Shown here in pieces: positions 17,865-28,303 of a stretch of DNA of 64,000 nucleotides. Within the stretch, counting starts at the first letter, position 1, and each line of letters starts with the position of its first letter. The DNA lies in the NCBI GenBank assembly GCA_035567915.1, contig DATMPA010000022.1, forward strand, positions 169,072 through 233,071, in the 5' to 3' direction. The translations under genes and the position numbers were made by a program. Below the pieces are notes generated by a model. That model had not been told where the DNA came from and did no database searches. It was given only the letters and a program-made list of their open reading frames with translations. The stretch comes from Candidatus Sulfotelmatobacter sp. GTDB lineage: Bacteria > Acidobacteriota > Terriglobia > Acidiferrales > UBA7541.

Positions 17865-18638
17865 TCACTGAAGCGCCGGGCTGTCCGCGTCGGCAGGTCC
17901 CGTCTGGCTATACCTAATCACTCCGGTTTCGTCCACGAAGAAGTGCCGTATGCCTGTGGATGGAGTCTGCGGATCGGCATTCCATCCAAACGCCGCTTCG
18001 GGGGACCGCCCACTAAAACTGGAAGCGTGCGGAGTGAACGTGTACCCACTCTTGCTTCCGATTGCCAGCGAGCTGTCAATCGCATTTGCTCCGTTAGGAC
18101 ACGTCGAACCGTTTGGCCCGATGTCCGACAGCGAGTTTGTGAATCCAATCTTGGGGCAGGCACTCGAATAGCCAATTTCCGCTGTCACCAGCGTGCGCAA
18201 CGAGCCGACTGCCGAAGCCTCGTTCGCCGCCATCCTCGCCTTAATAAGATTCGGGATCGCAATCGCCGCAATGATGAGAATGAACGGAAGTCCCGCAATC
18301 TGCACGTATCCGAGCACCATCCCTGCAATCGCCATCCCGTCGCCCTTAAGCCGGCCCGCGCTCTTCTTGATTTCACTCAGCCCAAGGTGCCCTAGCACAA
18401 TCGCAATAATCGCGCCCACAAATGGCGCGATTACGTATGCTGAAATTCCGGCGATTAGGCTCCCTGTGGCTTTTCCGCTGGTTTGTGGCTCGCCGCCCGA
18501 AATCATCGGTTGGCCGGGCGTGGCCCCATGTTGCGCCTGTGGCGTTGCATAAACGTTGGCAGCGAGGTTCATGCGACACAGCGGGCAAACCACCGCGTCG
18601 TCCTGAATTGCTTCCGCACAGTACGGGCACTTCTTCAT
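17865..18638 (-). CDS. Zinc-ribbon + DUF4190 + pilin-like (PulG/type IV pilin N-terminal helix) fusion protein
   Basis: Paralogue of 17361-17837 (MKKCPYCAEAIQDDAVVCPLCRMNL; GDGMAIAGMVLGYVQI). Followed by LPFILIIAAIAIPNLIKARMAANEASAVGSLRTLVTAEIGY, which resembles the conserved N-terminal helix of type IV pilins/pseudopilins. Start at ATG 18638 (RBS gaagggg). Confidence 0.55.
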   Translation of the reverse strand: MKKCPYCAEAIQDDAVVCPLCRMNLAANVYATPQAQHGATPGQPMISGGEPQTSGKATGSLIAGISAYVIAPFVGAIIAIVLGHLGLSEIKKSAGRLKGDGMAIAGMVLGYVQIAGLPFILIIAAIAIPNLIKARMAANEASAVGSLRTLVTAEIGYSSACPKIGFTNSLSDIGPNGSTCPNGANAIDSSLAIGSKSGYTFTPHASSFSGRSPEAAFGWNADPQTPSTGIRHFFVDETGVIRYSQTGPADADSPALQ

Positions 18639-18796
18639 TGGCGCGACCCCTTCGAGGTAGTAACGGACCGTGGAACAGGCAACTTGTCGCGTGGACTCTA
18701 CGGCAAAAACACTATGCCGTCTAGGGCACATTGGTCGGTAGCGCCGCGCTTCACCCAATTGTCAAACCTTCGGGGAGAGGTGAGAATATCTCAGCC

Positions 18797-20254
18797 ATGC
18801 CGAACAAAGATGTTGTGATCGTGATACTCGCCGCAGGCAAGGGCACGCGGCTCAAATCTTCCCTCGCAAAAGTTTTGCATCCCGCGGGCGGCCGCTCGTT
18901 GGTGGAGAGTGTTGTGCGCGCTTGCTTGCCGCTTGCGCCGAAGAAAATCGTGGCCATTGTTGGCCATCACGCGGAACAGGTCACAGCCGTGGTCGAACCG
19001 CTCGGCGCGGAATCCCTTCTGCAGCAGCCACAAAACGGGACCGGCCATGCAGTGCTTGTTGCGAAGCGTGCGATTGGCAATGCCAAAATTGCCGTCGTAC
19101 TTCCAGGCGATGCCCCTCTTATTCGCACAGAGACTTTGAGATCCCTCATCGTTACGCACCGCTCCGGCAAGGCGGCCGCGACAATTCTTTCTGCTGTCGT
19201 TTCCGATCCTTCCGGTTATGGCCGTATCCTGCGCAAATCGGAAAACAATGTTGCGGCTATCGTCGAAGATTCACTGCTCACGGCGGAACAGCGCGAACTC
19301 AACGAAATCAATTCCAGCATCTACTGCTTTTCGGTGGATAAGCTCTGGCCCGCGCTCGCGCAAGTGAAAACGCACAACAAACATCGCGAAATTTATCTGA
19401 CGGACGTCATCGCAGTTCTTGCTTCAAAAGGGGAGACCGTTTTCGCGCAAGTCGCGCCCGACCCACGTGAGGTTCTCGGTTGCAATACGCGCGCCGATCT
19501 CGCCGAAGTAGACCGCATCTTCCGCGAACACAAACGCGAAGAACTCATGTCTGCCGGTGTGACGATCCAGCTTCCAGAAACGGTTCTCGTCGGGCCGGAA
19601 GTTTCCGCCGGCGAAGACACCGTGCTCGAGCCATGCATTCAGCTATTGGGCAAAACGAAAATCGGGGAGCGCTGCACCATCCGCACTGGCAGCGTCCTGC
19701 ACAACACGATTTTGGGCGACGGTGTTACCGTCGAACCGCATTGCGTCATCACGGAAAGTTACATTGAGGAGAACGCGATCGTTGGTCCGTTCGCGCGATT
19801 CCGCCCGGGCACGCATCTGAAAAAAGGCGCGCGCGTTGGCAACTTTGTCGAAATGAAAAAATCGGTTGTGGGCGAAGGCAGCAAAGTGCCGCACCTTAGC
19901 TACATCGGCGATGCGAAGCTCGGCTCTCATACGAATATCGGTGCGGGCACCATCACGTGCAATTACGACGGCGCGCACAAACATCCCACGACAATCGGAA
20001 ACCGCGTTTTTGTCGGCAGCGATTCCGTGCTCGTCGCTCCCGTCAAAATCGGCGATGGGGCGTACATCGCCGCGGGTTCCACTATCACGGAAAATGTTCC
20101 GCCGAACGCGCTCAGCATCGCCCGTAGCCGCCAATCCACGAAACCCGGCTGGGCTGCAAAAAAACGCCGCGAACTTTCTTCATCCTCTCCACCAAAAAAA
20201 TCCGCCAAAAGAAAATCGCGTGCGAAGAAATCTTCCTCCCACCGCAAACGCTGA
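18797..20254 (+). CDS. glmU: Bifunctional UDP-N-acetylglucosamine pyrophosphorylase / glucosamine-1-phosphate N-acetyltransferase
   Basis: N-terminal LAAGKGTRLKS nucleotidyltransferase motif. C-terminal left-handed beta-helix hexapeptide repeats. Start at ATG 18797, not the TTG at 18731. Unusual Lys/Ser-rich 45-aa C-terminal tail. Confidence 0.85.
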   Translation: MPNKDVVIVILAAGKGTRLKSSLAKVLHPAGGRSLVESVVRACLPLAPKKIVAIVGHHAEQVTAVVEPLGAESLLQQPQNGTGHAVLVAKRAIGNAKIAVVLPGDAPLIRTETLRSLIVTHRSGKAAATILSAVVSDPSGYGRILRKSENNVAAIVEDSLLTAEQRELNEINSSIYCFSVDKLWPALAQVKTHNKHREIYLTDVIAVLASKGETVFAQVAPDPREVLGCNTRADLAEVDRIFREHKREELMSAGVTIQLPETVLVGPEVSAGEDTVLEPCIQLLGKTKIGERCTIRTGSVLHNTILGDGVTVEPHCVITESYIEENAIVGPFARFRPGTHLKKGARVGNFVEMKKSVVGEGSKVPHLSYIGDAKLGSHTNIGAGTITCNYDGAHKHPTTIGNRVFVGSDSVLVAPVKIGDGAYIAAGSTITENVPPNALSIARSRQSTKPGWAAKKRRELSSSSPPKKSAKRKSRAKKSSSHRKR

Positions 20255-20360
20255 GCGTCGCGCTCAATTCCCGTGCCATTGAACCATCCGCTGCGGGATG
20301 TTATCTTCCGCGGTACGTAAGCGCCCATATTCAGAATTCAGACCAAGGGAGTTCCCGTCC

Positions 20361-20801
20361 GTGGGCAACTGGACAAACTGGCTGCTGGTCATCATCGGTG
20401 TGCTCAGCGTTATCGCCGAGCTCGCCCTCGGCGTAATCACCGGCTTTGATCTCGCCCTCGTCGGCGGTTCGCTTGCCGTCGGTGGCGTGATTGGCCTCGC
20501 CGCCCGTTCTGAAACAATTGGATTGATTTCCGCGGCAGTGCTCGCGCTTGCCTATTTTCTTTTCTTTCGCAGTTGGCTGAAAAGCAAGCTGCAAGTGCAG
20601 GAACGCGCCAGCAACGTGGACGCGGTCGTCGGCAAAACAGGCGTCGTCACCAAACGCATCGCCCCGCGCGATTGCGGCCTCGTGAAAGTCGGCAGCGAAG
20701 AATGGCGCGCCGAACTTGCGCAAGCGGACGATTCGGCGCGGGAAATGGGCGCGGACGTGGTCATCGTCTCCGTCGAAGGCGTAACTCTTAAGGTGAGGTG
20801 A
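20361..20801 (+). CDS. NfeD-like short membrane protein (OB-fold), partner of SPFH proteins
   Basis: Two TM helices plus a C-terminal beta domain (VVGKTGVVTKRIAPRDCGLVKVGSEEWRAE...). Immediately upstream of a stomatin-like gene. GTG 20361 preferred over ATG 20298 (RBS aaggga). Confidence 0.6.
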   Translation: MGNWTNWLLVIIGVLSVIAELALGVITGFDLALVGGSLAVGGVIGLAARSETIGLISAAVLALAYFLFFRSWLKSKLQVQERASNVDAVVGKTGVVTKRIAPRDCGLVKVGSEEWRAELAQADDSAREMGADVVIVSVEGVTLKVR

Positions 20802-20806
20802 GGCGC

Positions 20807-21709
20807 ATGGACTCAGGAGCATTCTTTGGCGTAGCGCTGCTGGTTATCCTTGTTTTCTGTTTGTTCCTCCTCGCAAAGTCCGCGCGCATCGTCCGCCAGT
20901 ACGAAAAGGGCCTGGTCATGCGCCTCGGCAAGTTTCACGCGCTTGCTCCTTCCGGTTTGACCCTCATCATGCCGATTGTTGACGACCTCATTCGCGTGGA
21001 TATGCGCGAACAGGTCATCACCGTCCCGCCACAAAAACTCATCACCAAAGATAACGTCACCGTGGAAGTGGACGCCGTCGTCTATTACAAGGTCGTTGAT
21101 CCGATGAAGTCCCAGTTTGAAGTTCAGGATTTCGGCTACGCTTGCACCACGCTCGCGCAAACCAATCTGCGCAATCTTATCGGTGACCGCACGCTGGATG
21201 AAACGCTCGTCGCGCGCGACATGATTAATTCCAATCTGCGCCACGTTCTGGACGAAGCGACCAACAACTGGGGGGTCAAAGCCACGCGAGTGGAAGTTCA
21301 GAAGATCGAGCCGCCGCGCGATATCACGGACGCCATGTCTCGCCAGATGAAAGCGGAACGGGAAAAGCGCGCTGCCGTTCTCGAAGCGGAAGGCATCAAA
21401 CAAAGCCAGATCCTGCAGTCCGAAGGCAAGAAGCAATCCGAAATTTTGAAGGCGGAAGGTGACGCGCAAGCCCGCATCACCCGCGCCAACGCGGAAGCCG
21501 AAGCCATCAAGATGGTTTCCACCGCCGCCGAAACGTATTTCAAAGAGCGCGCGGAAACAATGCGCCGCCTCGAAGTTCTGAACAACACGCTCGCGCAAAA
21601 CACCAAGTACATCGTTCCGTCCAACTCCAGCCTCGTCAACGTCCTCGGCCTCGACAGCGCCGTCCAAGCCGCCGCCGATGCCGTCGCGCCCAAGCCTCCC
21701 GCGAAATAG
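20807..21709 (+). CDS. SPFH/Band-7 stomatin-like protein
   Basis: N-terminal TM helix. SPFH core (VITKDNVTVEVDAVVYYKVVDP...TLAQTNLRNLIGDRTLDE). Coiled-coil C-terminus. Strong RBS aggtgaggtgagg. Confidence 0.8.
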   Translation: MDSGAFFGVALLVILVFCLFLLAKSARIVRQYEKGLVMRLGKFHALAPSGLTLIMPIVDDLIRVDMREQVITVPPQKLITKDNVTVEVDAVVYYKVVDPMKSQFEVQDFGYACTTLAQTNLRNLIGDRTLDETLVARDMINSNLRHVLDEATNNWGVKATRVEVQKIEPPRDITDAMSRQMKAEREKRAAVLEAEGIKQSQILQSEGKKQSEILKAEGDAQARITRANAEAEAIKMVSTAAETYFKERAETMRRLEVLNNTLAQNTKYIVPSNSSLVNVLGLDSAVQAAADAVAPKPPAK

Positions 21710-21711
21710 CC

Positions 21712-22179
21712 ATGAGCTGGACCGAAGATTGGCTTTGGCCGAAAGTTGATATTCGCCGCAAGGCGCAGAACGCCATTGAAGAAGGTTTTTGGGCTGCCTC
21801 CTTCGTCGCTGTTTTCGCTGCAGTCTGGGCGCTCATCGGTTTTCTTCGCGATTCCAGATTCTTCGATGTCGATCAGCTAAGCTTCGCAGTACTCTTTGCT
21901 GCGCTGGCCTTTGGCATCCGTCGCCGCTCCCGAATCGCAGCAATTTGTGCGCTTTGCCTTTACGTCTTCCAGCGAATTCTATTTTGGGGCGGCATCGGTC
22001 CTTATCAAGCCGTTTCCTTCCTTTTCGTTCTAGCGTTCATGAATTGCATCCGCGGCACATTTGCCTATCATAGGTTTCCGCCGCTGCCAGCTAACATCCC
22101 AAGTGTCGAACAAAGCTTTCGTGCGATCGCAAAAGCGGTTCCACCTGGTGACGCGCCGGACGATATCACTAAATCGTAG
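21712..22179 (+). CDS. Small polytopic membrane protein, third gene of the NfeD-stomatin operon
   Basis: Starts 3 nt after the stomatin stop. Four predicted hydrophobic helices. No family recognised. Confidence 0.5.
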   Translation: MSWTEDWLWPKVDIRRKAQNAIEEGFWAASFVAVFAAVWALIGFLRDSRFFDVDQLSFAVLFAALAFGIRRRSRIAAICALCLYVFQRILFWGGIGPYQAVSFLFVLAFMNCIRGTFAYHRFPPLPANIPSVEQSFRAIAKAVPPGDAPDDITKS

Positions 22180-22200
22180 AGAACGATTCAAGGAACCTCC

Positions 22201-22614
22201 ATGCCCGAACCACAAGCCAAGCCAGCCGCCCGGCTAAAATCAATCTCGCCGCAGTTTCCAGTTCCCGATGTCGTCGTCGCCGCCGAATACTATCGCGACA
22301 AGCTCGGCTTCAAAATCCTCGGCTATTTTCTCGACCCGCCCGTTTATTGCATCGTGGAACGCGATTCTGTGGAAATTCATTTGGGCAGGCTCGAACCTGA
22401 TGCAACTTTCTCTCCGAATTCTTCCCGGCGCGACGGTGGACTCGATGCTTACATCTGGGTCACCGATGTGGACGCTCTGTACGCGGAGCTGAAAGAGCGA
22501 GGAGCAAACGTGATCGAGCCTCCAACCGTGCGCGTGTACAACTGCTACGAAATGGTCGTGAAGGACATTTACGGTTTCCGTCTCGCCTTCGCAATGGATT
22601 TTCAAAATCCCTGA
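22201..22614 (+). CDS. VOC/glyoxalase-bleomycin resistance family protein
   Basis: 137 aa with the beta-alpha-beta-beta-beta module pattern (FKILGYF...VEIHLGR...IWVTDVDALYAELKERGANVIEPP). Confidence 0.55.
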   Translation: MPEPQAKPAARLKSISPQFPVPDVVVAAEYYRDKLGFKILGYFLDPPVYCIVERDSVEIHLGRLEPDATFSPNSSRRDGGLDAYIWVTDVDALYAELKERGANVIEPPTVRVYNCYEMVVKDIYGFRLAFAMDFQNP

Positions 22615-22671
22615 TTGCTCAGGCGCACGTTTCCACTCGGTCTGCGAGATGATTGAACCAGAGGAACGATC

Positions 22672-22929
22672 ATGAGGAAGAAAATCATTGCATGGTCTCT
22701 GTTTCTCACATGCGTTCTCTTTCTTAGCCTTGCAGCTACTCCTTATTCGCGAAAGGCAGACGAAGCACTCATCACTCTGCGCCTCACGCTGGTCATTGTT
22801 CTTTCCATTCTCGTCGTGCGCGAACGCTGGCGGCGCCCTCATGAATCGCAGCCCAGTACAGCTTCAGGCGCATCCGACGTCGGTTCCACATTCCTGCATC
22901 GCTTCCGCCGCTGGTATCACGGCGAATAA
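22672..22929 (+). CDS. Small hypothetical membrane protein
   Basis: ORF with two hydrophobic segments. RBS ggaacga. Weak. Confidence 0.3.
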   Translation: MRKKIIAWSLFLTCVLFLSLAATPYSRKADEALITLRLTLVIVLSILVVRERWRRPHESQPSTASGASDVGSTFLHRFRRWYHGE

Positions 22930-22985
22930 CGCAGCGTCTGTGCTAAAATATAGTTTCCCCGAATGCCCTTGGGAGACCCAACACG

Positions 22986-23696
22986 ATGAAATTCGGAGTC
23001 GTAGTCTTTCCCGGCTCGAATTGCGATCACGACGCGTTTTACGCCATCGGCAATATCCTGCACAAGCAAGTCGAATTCATCTGGCACCAGTCGCAAGACC
23101 TCGCGAATTGCGACGCCATTATTCTGCCCGGCGGCTTTTCCTACGGCGACTACCTTCGCACTGGAGCCATAGCGCGCTTTTCGCCCGTCATGAAGTCTGT
23201 TGAAAAATTCGCCAAATCCGGCGGCATGGCCCTAGGCATCTGCAACGGTTTTCAAACGCTCTGCGAAGCCGGCCTTCTCCCCGGCGCCATGATGCGCAAC
23301 TCTGGTCTGCGCTTCATCTGCCGCCACGTGAACATTCGCGTCGAACAAACTGACACGCCGTTCACCAACGCCGCGCGCAAGGGCCAAGTCCTCAAAGTCC
23401 CCATCGCACACTCCGACGGCAACTACACGGCCGACGAAGCCACACTCGCCGAACTCGAAAAGAATCATCAAATCCTTTTTCGCTACACGACACCCAATGG
23501 CTCTGACGATGCAGCGGGAAATCCCAACGGCTCGATGCACAACATCGCCGGCATCTGCAATCGCGAGCGCAATGTCGCCGGCCTCATGCCGCATCCTGAA
23601 CGCGCCATGGAATCCGCGCTCGATTCCGCCGACGGCCTCGTCATCTTCAAGTCCATGGTCGAAGCCCTGGTTGGCGCCGCGAAAGCGACCGCTTGA
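22986..23696 (+). CDS. purQ: Phosphoribosylformylglycinamidine synthase, glutamine amidotransferase subunit
   Basis: Class I GATase: GICNGFQ catalytic Cys, and H/E near the C-terminus (MPHPER). Confidence 0.9.
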   Translation: MKFGVVVFPGSNCDHDAFYAIGNILHKQVEFIWHQSQDLANCDAIILPGGFSYGDYLRTGAIARFSPVMKSVEKFAKSGGMALGICNGFQTLCEAGLLPGAMMRNSGLRFICRHVNIRVEQTDTPFTNAARKGQVLKVPIAHSDGNYTADEATLAELEKNHQILFRYTTPNGSDDAAGNPNGSMHNIAGICNRERNVAGLMPHPERAMESALDSADGLVIFKSMVEALVGAAKATA

Positions 23697-26035
23697 TGGC
23701 CACAGCAGCGACCGAAATCAAAGTCACTCCCGAAATCGCCGCCGAGCACGGCGTCACCGCCGAAGAGTACGCGCGCATCCAGAAAATTCTCGGTCGCGAT
23801 CCAAATATCACTGAACTTGGCATTTTTTCCGTCATGTGGAGCGAACACTGCTCCTATAAGTCGAGCAAAGTCCACCTCAAGCGCCTACCCACGCGCGGCA
23901 AACTCGTCGTGCAGGGCCCGGGAGAAAACGCCGGCGTAGTGGACATCGGCGACGGCCTCGTCGCCGCATTCAAAATTGAATCGCACAATCACCCAAGCTA
24001 CGTCGAACCTTTTCAGGGCGCGACCACCGGCGTAGGCGGCATCCTCCGCGACATTTTCACCATGGGCGCTCGCCCCATCGCCGTTCTCGATTCGCTCCGC
24101 TTCGGCTCCATCACCACAGAAGGCGACGTGGACGCGCGTTTCACTAACGCCACTAAAACCGATCCCGTCACCATCGCCGCCAATCGCCGCATTCTCGATG
24201 GCGTCATTCGCGGCGTCGGGCACTACGGCAACTGCTTCGGCGTCCCGACCGTCGGCGGCGAAGTCGGTTTCGAGCCTTGCTATTCGCAAAATCCGCTCGT
24301 CAACGCGCTCGCGCTCGGCATCGCTCGCAAGGAAGAAATTTTTCTCGCGAAGGCGAAAGGCATTGGCAATCCCGTGATCTATGTCGGCGCAAAAACCGGC
24401 CGCGACGGCATTCACGGCGCTTCGCTTCTCGCCTCCGCCGAATTCACCGAAGAATCCCAGCAAAAACGTCCGAACGTGCAAGTCGGCGATCCTTTCGTCG
24501 AAAAACTCTTGCTCGAAGCCTGCCTCGAAGCCATGCGCACCGGCGCAGTCGTCGCCATTCAGGATATGGGCGCCGCGGGCCTCACTTGTTCCACCGTGGA
24601 AATGGCTTCCCGCGGCGGCACCGGCATCGAAATTGATCTCGCCAAAGTTCCCCAACGCGAAACCGGCATGACGCCGTACGAAATCATGCTCAGCGAATCG
24701 CAGGAGCGCATGCTCCTCGTCGCCGAAAAAGGCCGCGAGCGCGAAGTTCTCGACGTCTTCAAAAAGTGGGGACTCGACGCCGTCGTCGTTGGCACCGTCA
24801 CCGCAGGTGGCCTTGCGGTCGTCAAAAATCACGGCGCTGTCGCTGCGCAGATTCCGGCGCATCCTCTTGCCGAAGAGGGCCCCGTTTACAATCGCCCACT
24901 CGCCGCGCCAGCATCGCGCGCCGAATCCGAAAAAGATTGGTTCCGCTTCGCGCCCGAAGGCTCAAACCTCGCTGAAAATTTCAAAAAACTCCTCGCGTCG
25001 CCTACCATCGCATCCAAACGCTGGATCACCGAACAATACGACACCAGCGTGCGCACCAACACACTCGCCGGACCCGGCGCCAGCGACGCCGCAATCGTGC
25101 GCATCAAGGAATCCGAAAAAAACGGAGTCATGAGAGGCTTAGCGCTCGCCACCGACGGCAACGGCCGCTGGTGCCAGCTCAACCCGCGCGTCGGCGCGAT
25201 GCATGCCGTCGCAGAAGCCGCGCGCAACGTCGCCACGTCCGGCGCACGACCCATCGCCGCAACAAATTGCTTGAATTTCGGCAGCCCCGAAAAACCGGAA
25301 GTGATGTGGCAATTTTCCCAAGCCATTGACGGCATCGGCGAAGCCTGCACCGCTCTCGGCACGCCCATCACCGGCGGCAACGTGAGCTTCTACAACGAAA
25401 CTCTCGGCAAATCCATCTATCCCACTCCCGTCATCGGCATTCTCGGCATTCTCGATGACGCGTCGAAGGCGCTCAAAGTTGCGTTCCGAAATGCTGGCGA
25501 CATAATCATCTTGCTGGATGCTGCCGATTCCTCGTCCGGGCTCGACGCGCGTCGTGAATTTTCGTCATCAGAATATTCAAAGACGATCGGCGGCATCGTC
25601 GCCGGTGAACCACCCGCAATCGATCTCGCCGCCGAAAAGCGCCTCATCGATTGCCTCGTCGCGCTCGCCGCCGCGGGCTCCGCGCAATCCGCGCATGACA
25701 TTTCCGACGGCGGCCTCGCCGTCACCCTGGCCGAATCCTGCTTCGCCGCGAATGGCCTCGGCGCTTCGGCCGCATTCAACGAAAACTCTTCCGCCGAATA
25801 CGCGCTCTTCTCCGAACGCGGCGCCCGCGCCATCGTCTCCGCCTCCCCAACAAACCTTGCCGCCGTTCTCGCAACTGCGAGACAATACAATGTGAACGCA
25901 ATTGAGCTCGGCAATGTCACTCGTGAGGCCGCGCTCCGCATCGAACTTAAGGGGCACGCAGCCATCGACTCCCCCCTCGATGTCGTGCGCGATGCCTGGG
26001 CCAATTCTCTCGAACGCACGTTAGTTACACGATGA
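23693..26035 (+). CDS. purL: Phosphoribosylformylglycinamidine synthase subunit PurL
   Basis: 780 aa. AIR-synthase-related duplicated domains. ATGA start overlap with purQ. Confidence 0.9.
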   Translation: MMATAATEIKVTPEIAAEHGVTAEEYARIQKILGRDPNITELGIFSVMWSEHCSYKSSKVHLKRLPTRGKLVVQGPGENAGVVDIGDGLVAAFKIESHNHPSYVEPFQGATTGVGGILRDIFTMGARPIAVLDSLRFGSITTEGDVDARFTNATKTDPVTIAANRRILDGVIRGVGHYGNCFGVPTVGGEVGFEPCYSQNPLVNALALGIARKEEIFLAKAKGIGNPVIYVGAKTGRDGIHGASLLASAEFTEESQQKRPNVQVGDPFVEKLLLEACLEAMRTGAVVAIQDMGAAGLTCSTVEMASRGGTGIEIDLAKVPQRETGMTPYEIMLSESQERMLLVAEKGREREVLDVFKKWGLDAVVVGTVTAGGLAVVKNHGAVAAQIPAHPLAEEGPVYNRPLAAPASRAESEKDWFRFAPEGSNLAENFKKLLASPTIASKRWITEQYDTSVRTNTLAGPGASDAAIVRIKESEKNGVMRGLALATDGNGRWCQLNPRVGAMHAVAEAARNVATSGARPIAATNCLNFGSPEKPEVMWQFSQAIDGIGEACTALGTPITGGNVSFYNETLGKSIYPTPVIGILGILDDASKALKVAFRNAGDIIILLDAADSSSGLDARREFSSSEYSKTIGGIVAGEPPAIDLAAEKRLIDCLVALAAAGSAQSAHDISDGGLAVTLAESCFAANGLGASAAFNENSSAEYALFSERGARAIVSASPTNLAAVLATARQYNVNAIELGNVTREAALRIELKGHAAIDSPLDVVRDAWANSLERTLVTR

Positions 26036-27540
26036 CGCAGAAACTCGCATATCAAGACGACCACTTCCACGACCACTGCGGTGTCGTCGGAGTCTTCGGC
26101 CACGCCGAAGCGGCAAAGCTCGTCTATCTCGGCCTCTACGCGCTCCAACATCGCGGCCAGGAATCCGCCGGCATCGTCTCCACCGATGGCACCGAACTCC
26201 ACGCTCACCGTGCCATGGGTGAAGTCGAAGAAATTTTCACGCCTGACGTTCTGAATAAACTCCCCGGTAGCGCATCCATCGGTCACACGCGCTATTCCAC
26301 CGCGGGCGACAAAGCCCTTCTCAACGCGCAGCCCATTATGATTGACTGCAACAAGGGAAAAATCGCGCTCGGCCACAACGGCAATCTCACCAACGCCGCC
26401 GAGTGGCGCCGCAAACTCGAACATCGCGGCTCGATTTTCCAGACAAACAGCGACACCGAAGTTGTCGTACATCTCGTCGCCAAATCTGCCGCGCGCAATC
26501 TTTCCGGAGCCCTCGGCGACGCGCTGAATCAAGTCGAAGGCGCCTACTCGCTCGTCGTGCTCACTCCCGATGAACTTTATGCCGTTCGCGACCCGCGCGG
26601 CTTCCGGCCGCTCAATCTCGGCAGGCTCATTTCGCCAAAAGGCGAAGAAGTCTGGATCGTCGCCAGCGAAACCTGCGCCTTCGATCTTCTCGACGCGCAA
26701 TATGTCCGCGAAATCGAACCCGGCGAAATGGTGCGCATTACCAAGTCCGGCGTCGAATCCATTCATTTCGCCCCGCCGAAGCCGCACCAGCATTGCATTT
26801 TCGAGCACGTCTATTTCGCGCGCCCGGACAGCACCATCTTCGGCCGCAGCGTCAATGCCAGCCGCGAAATGCTCGGCCGCCTGCTCGCGAAAGAACATCC
26901 CGTAGCAGCCGATCTCATCGTGCCGGTTCCAGACTCAGGCGTTCCCGCTGCGGTGGGTTACGCAATGGAATCCGGCATTCCGTTTCGCATGGGTCTCATT
27001 CGCAATCATTACATCGGCCGCACATTCATCGAGCCGTCCCAAGCCATCCGCAATTTCGGCGTCAAACTAAAACTCAATCCCGTTCGCGGCCTCATCGAAG
27101 GCAAGCGCGTCGTCCTCGTGGACGATTCCATCGTGCGCGGCACCACGTCGCGCAAGATCGTGCGCATGGTGCGCGAAGCAGGGGCAACGGAAGTTCACGT
27201 GCGCATCTCCTGCCCACCGACGATTTCGCCGTGCTATTACGGTGTAGACACGCCCACGCGCGAAGAGCTCATCGCCTCGTCAAACACTCCCGCCGAAATT
27301 TGCAAATTCCTCGGCGCAGATTCTCTTGGCTACATTTCCATGGCGGGTCTGAAGCAAGCCGTCGGTGACACCCAGGGCGACTTCTGTACGTCTTGTTATA
27401 CGAGCGTTTATCCTACCGACCTCGTGCAGCTCGAAGTTCGCGAAGGCGGTTCGAATGGCCAGCTCCTTAAGGATCCCGGCGTGGAAGACAATACACCCGT
27501 TCAATCCGATGGCCCGGTCACGGTGACGCATGAAAACTAA
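26032..27540 (+). CDS. purF: Amidophosphoribosyltransferase
   Basis: N-terminal catalytic Cys (HCGVVGVFG). PRTase motif [14 protein letters not shown]-terminal Cys-rich region. Confidence 0.9.
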   Translation: MTQKLAYQDDHFHDHCGVVGVFGHAEAAKLVYLGLYALQHRGQESAGIVSTDGTELHAHRAMGEVEEIFTPDVLNKLPGSASIGHTRYSTAGDKALLNAQPIMIDCNKGKIALGHNGNLTNAAEWRRKLEHRGSIFQTNSDTEVVVHLVAKSAARNLSGALGDALNQVEGAYSLVVLTPDELYAVRDPRGFRPLNLGRLISPKGEEVWIVASETCAFDLLDAQYVREIEPGEMVRITKSGVESIHFAPPKPHQHCIFEHVYFARPDSTIFGRSVNASREMLGRLLAKEHPVAADLIVPVPDSGVPAAVGYAMESGIPFRMGLIRNHYIGRTFIEPSQAIRNFGVKLKLNPVRGLIEGKRVVLVDDSIVRGTTSRKIVRMVREAGATEVHVRISCPPTISPCYYGVDTPTREELIASSNTPAEICKFLGADSLGYISMAGLKQAVGDTQGDFCTSCYTSVYPTDLVQLEVREGGSNGQLLKDPGVEDNTPVQSDGPVTVTHEN

Positions 27541-28249
27541 GCGAGCGCAGCCCGCAAAAGTCGAAGAGAAACTCACCACACAACAAAGGATTCGCCGCGA
27601 AGCCATCGCCTGGTTTTGGGTCGCCCTCGTCTTTCTTCTCGTGAATGGAACCGTCGGCCAGGCGCGCGTCATTCCTTCCGCTTCGATGCAAAACACACTG
27701 CTCGTTGGCGATCATCTCATCATGAGCCGTCTTGGCTACGATGTCGGCATCCCGTTCACCAATATTCACAAAGCTCTTTGGCGCAATCCCCAGCGCGGCC
27801 AGATCGTGATTTTCCGTCCCGTCATCCCCGGCGAAACTTCAGACGTCATCAAGCGCGTCATCGGCTTGCCCGGCGAAACCGTGGACGTTCACGAAGGCGG
27901 CGTCTGGATTAACGGCACGCGCCTCCATGAAAACTACACCGTCGGCCGCAGCGTTCTTGCGGACCCTTCCGCTTACCTCGCGGGCTTCCGCGGCAAGTTT
28001 CCTTATACGGTTCCCGAAAATTGTTTTTTCGTCATGGGCGATAACCGCGAAGACTCACTCGATAGCCGCTTCGTCGGCTGTATTCCGCGCGATCACATCA
28101 TCGGCACGCCGGTGATGATCTACATGTCCATTGAAACGCCGTCCGAACCCTGGGGCTCCGGCGCCATTGCCGATCGCATCTCCGCTTACGCAAATGCGCT
28201 GATTCATCCCAGCGAAATTCGCTGGCGCAGATTGTTTCGACTATTTTAG
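27530..28249 (+). CDS. lepB: Signal peptidase I
   Basis: SASM (Ser box), GDHL/GDNRxxSxDSR boxes. Confidence 0.85.
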   Translation: MKTKRAQPAKVEEKLTTQQRIRREAIAWFWVALVFLLVNGTVGQARVIPSASMQNTLLVGDHLIMSRLGYDVGIPFTNIHKALWRNPQRGQIVIFRPVIPGETSDVIKRVIGLPGETVDVHEGGVWINGTRLHENYTVGRSVLADPSAYLAGFRGKFPYTVPENCFFVMGDNREDSLDSRFVGCIPRDHIIGTPVMIYMSIETPSEPWGSGAIADRISAYANALIHPSEIRWRRLFRLF

Positions 28250-28303
28250 GAATCTTCGCCGGCTTGCGCCAACCGCTCTCCGGTAAACCGGCTTCGGTGA
28301 ATC

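Noticed and set aside
23885-26898. 325-aa and 493-aa minus-strand ORFs antisense to purL/purF
   Set aside because: Low-complexity Ala/Gly/Asp/Arg-rich translation. Overlap conserved housekeeping genes. Classic high-GC antisense ORFs.
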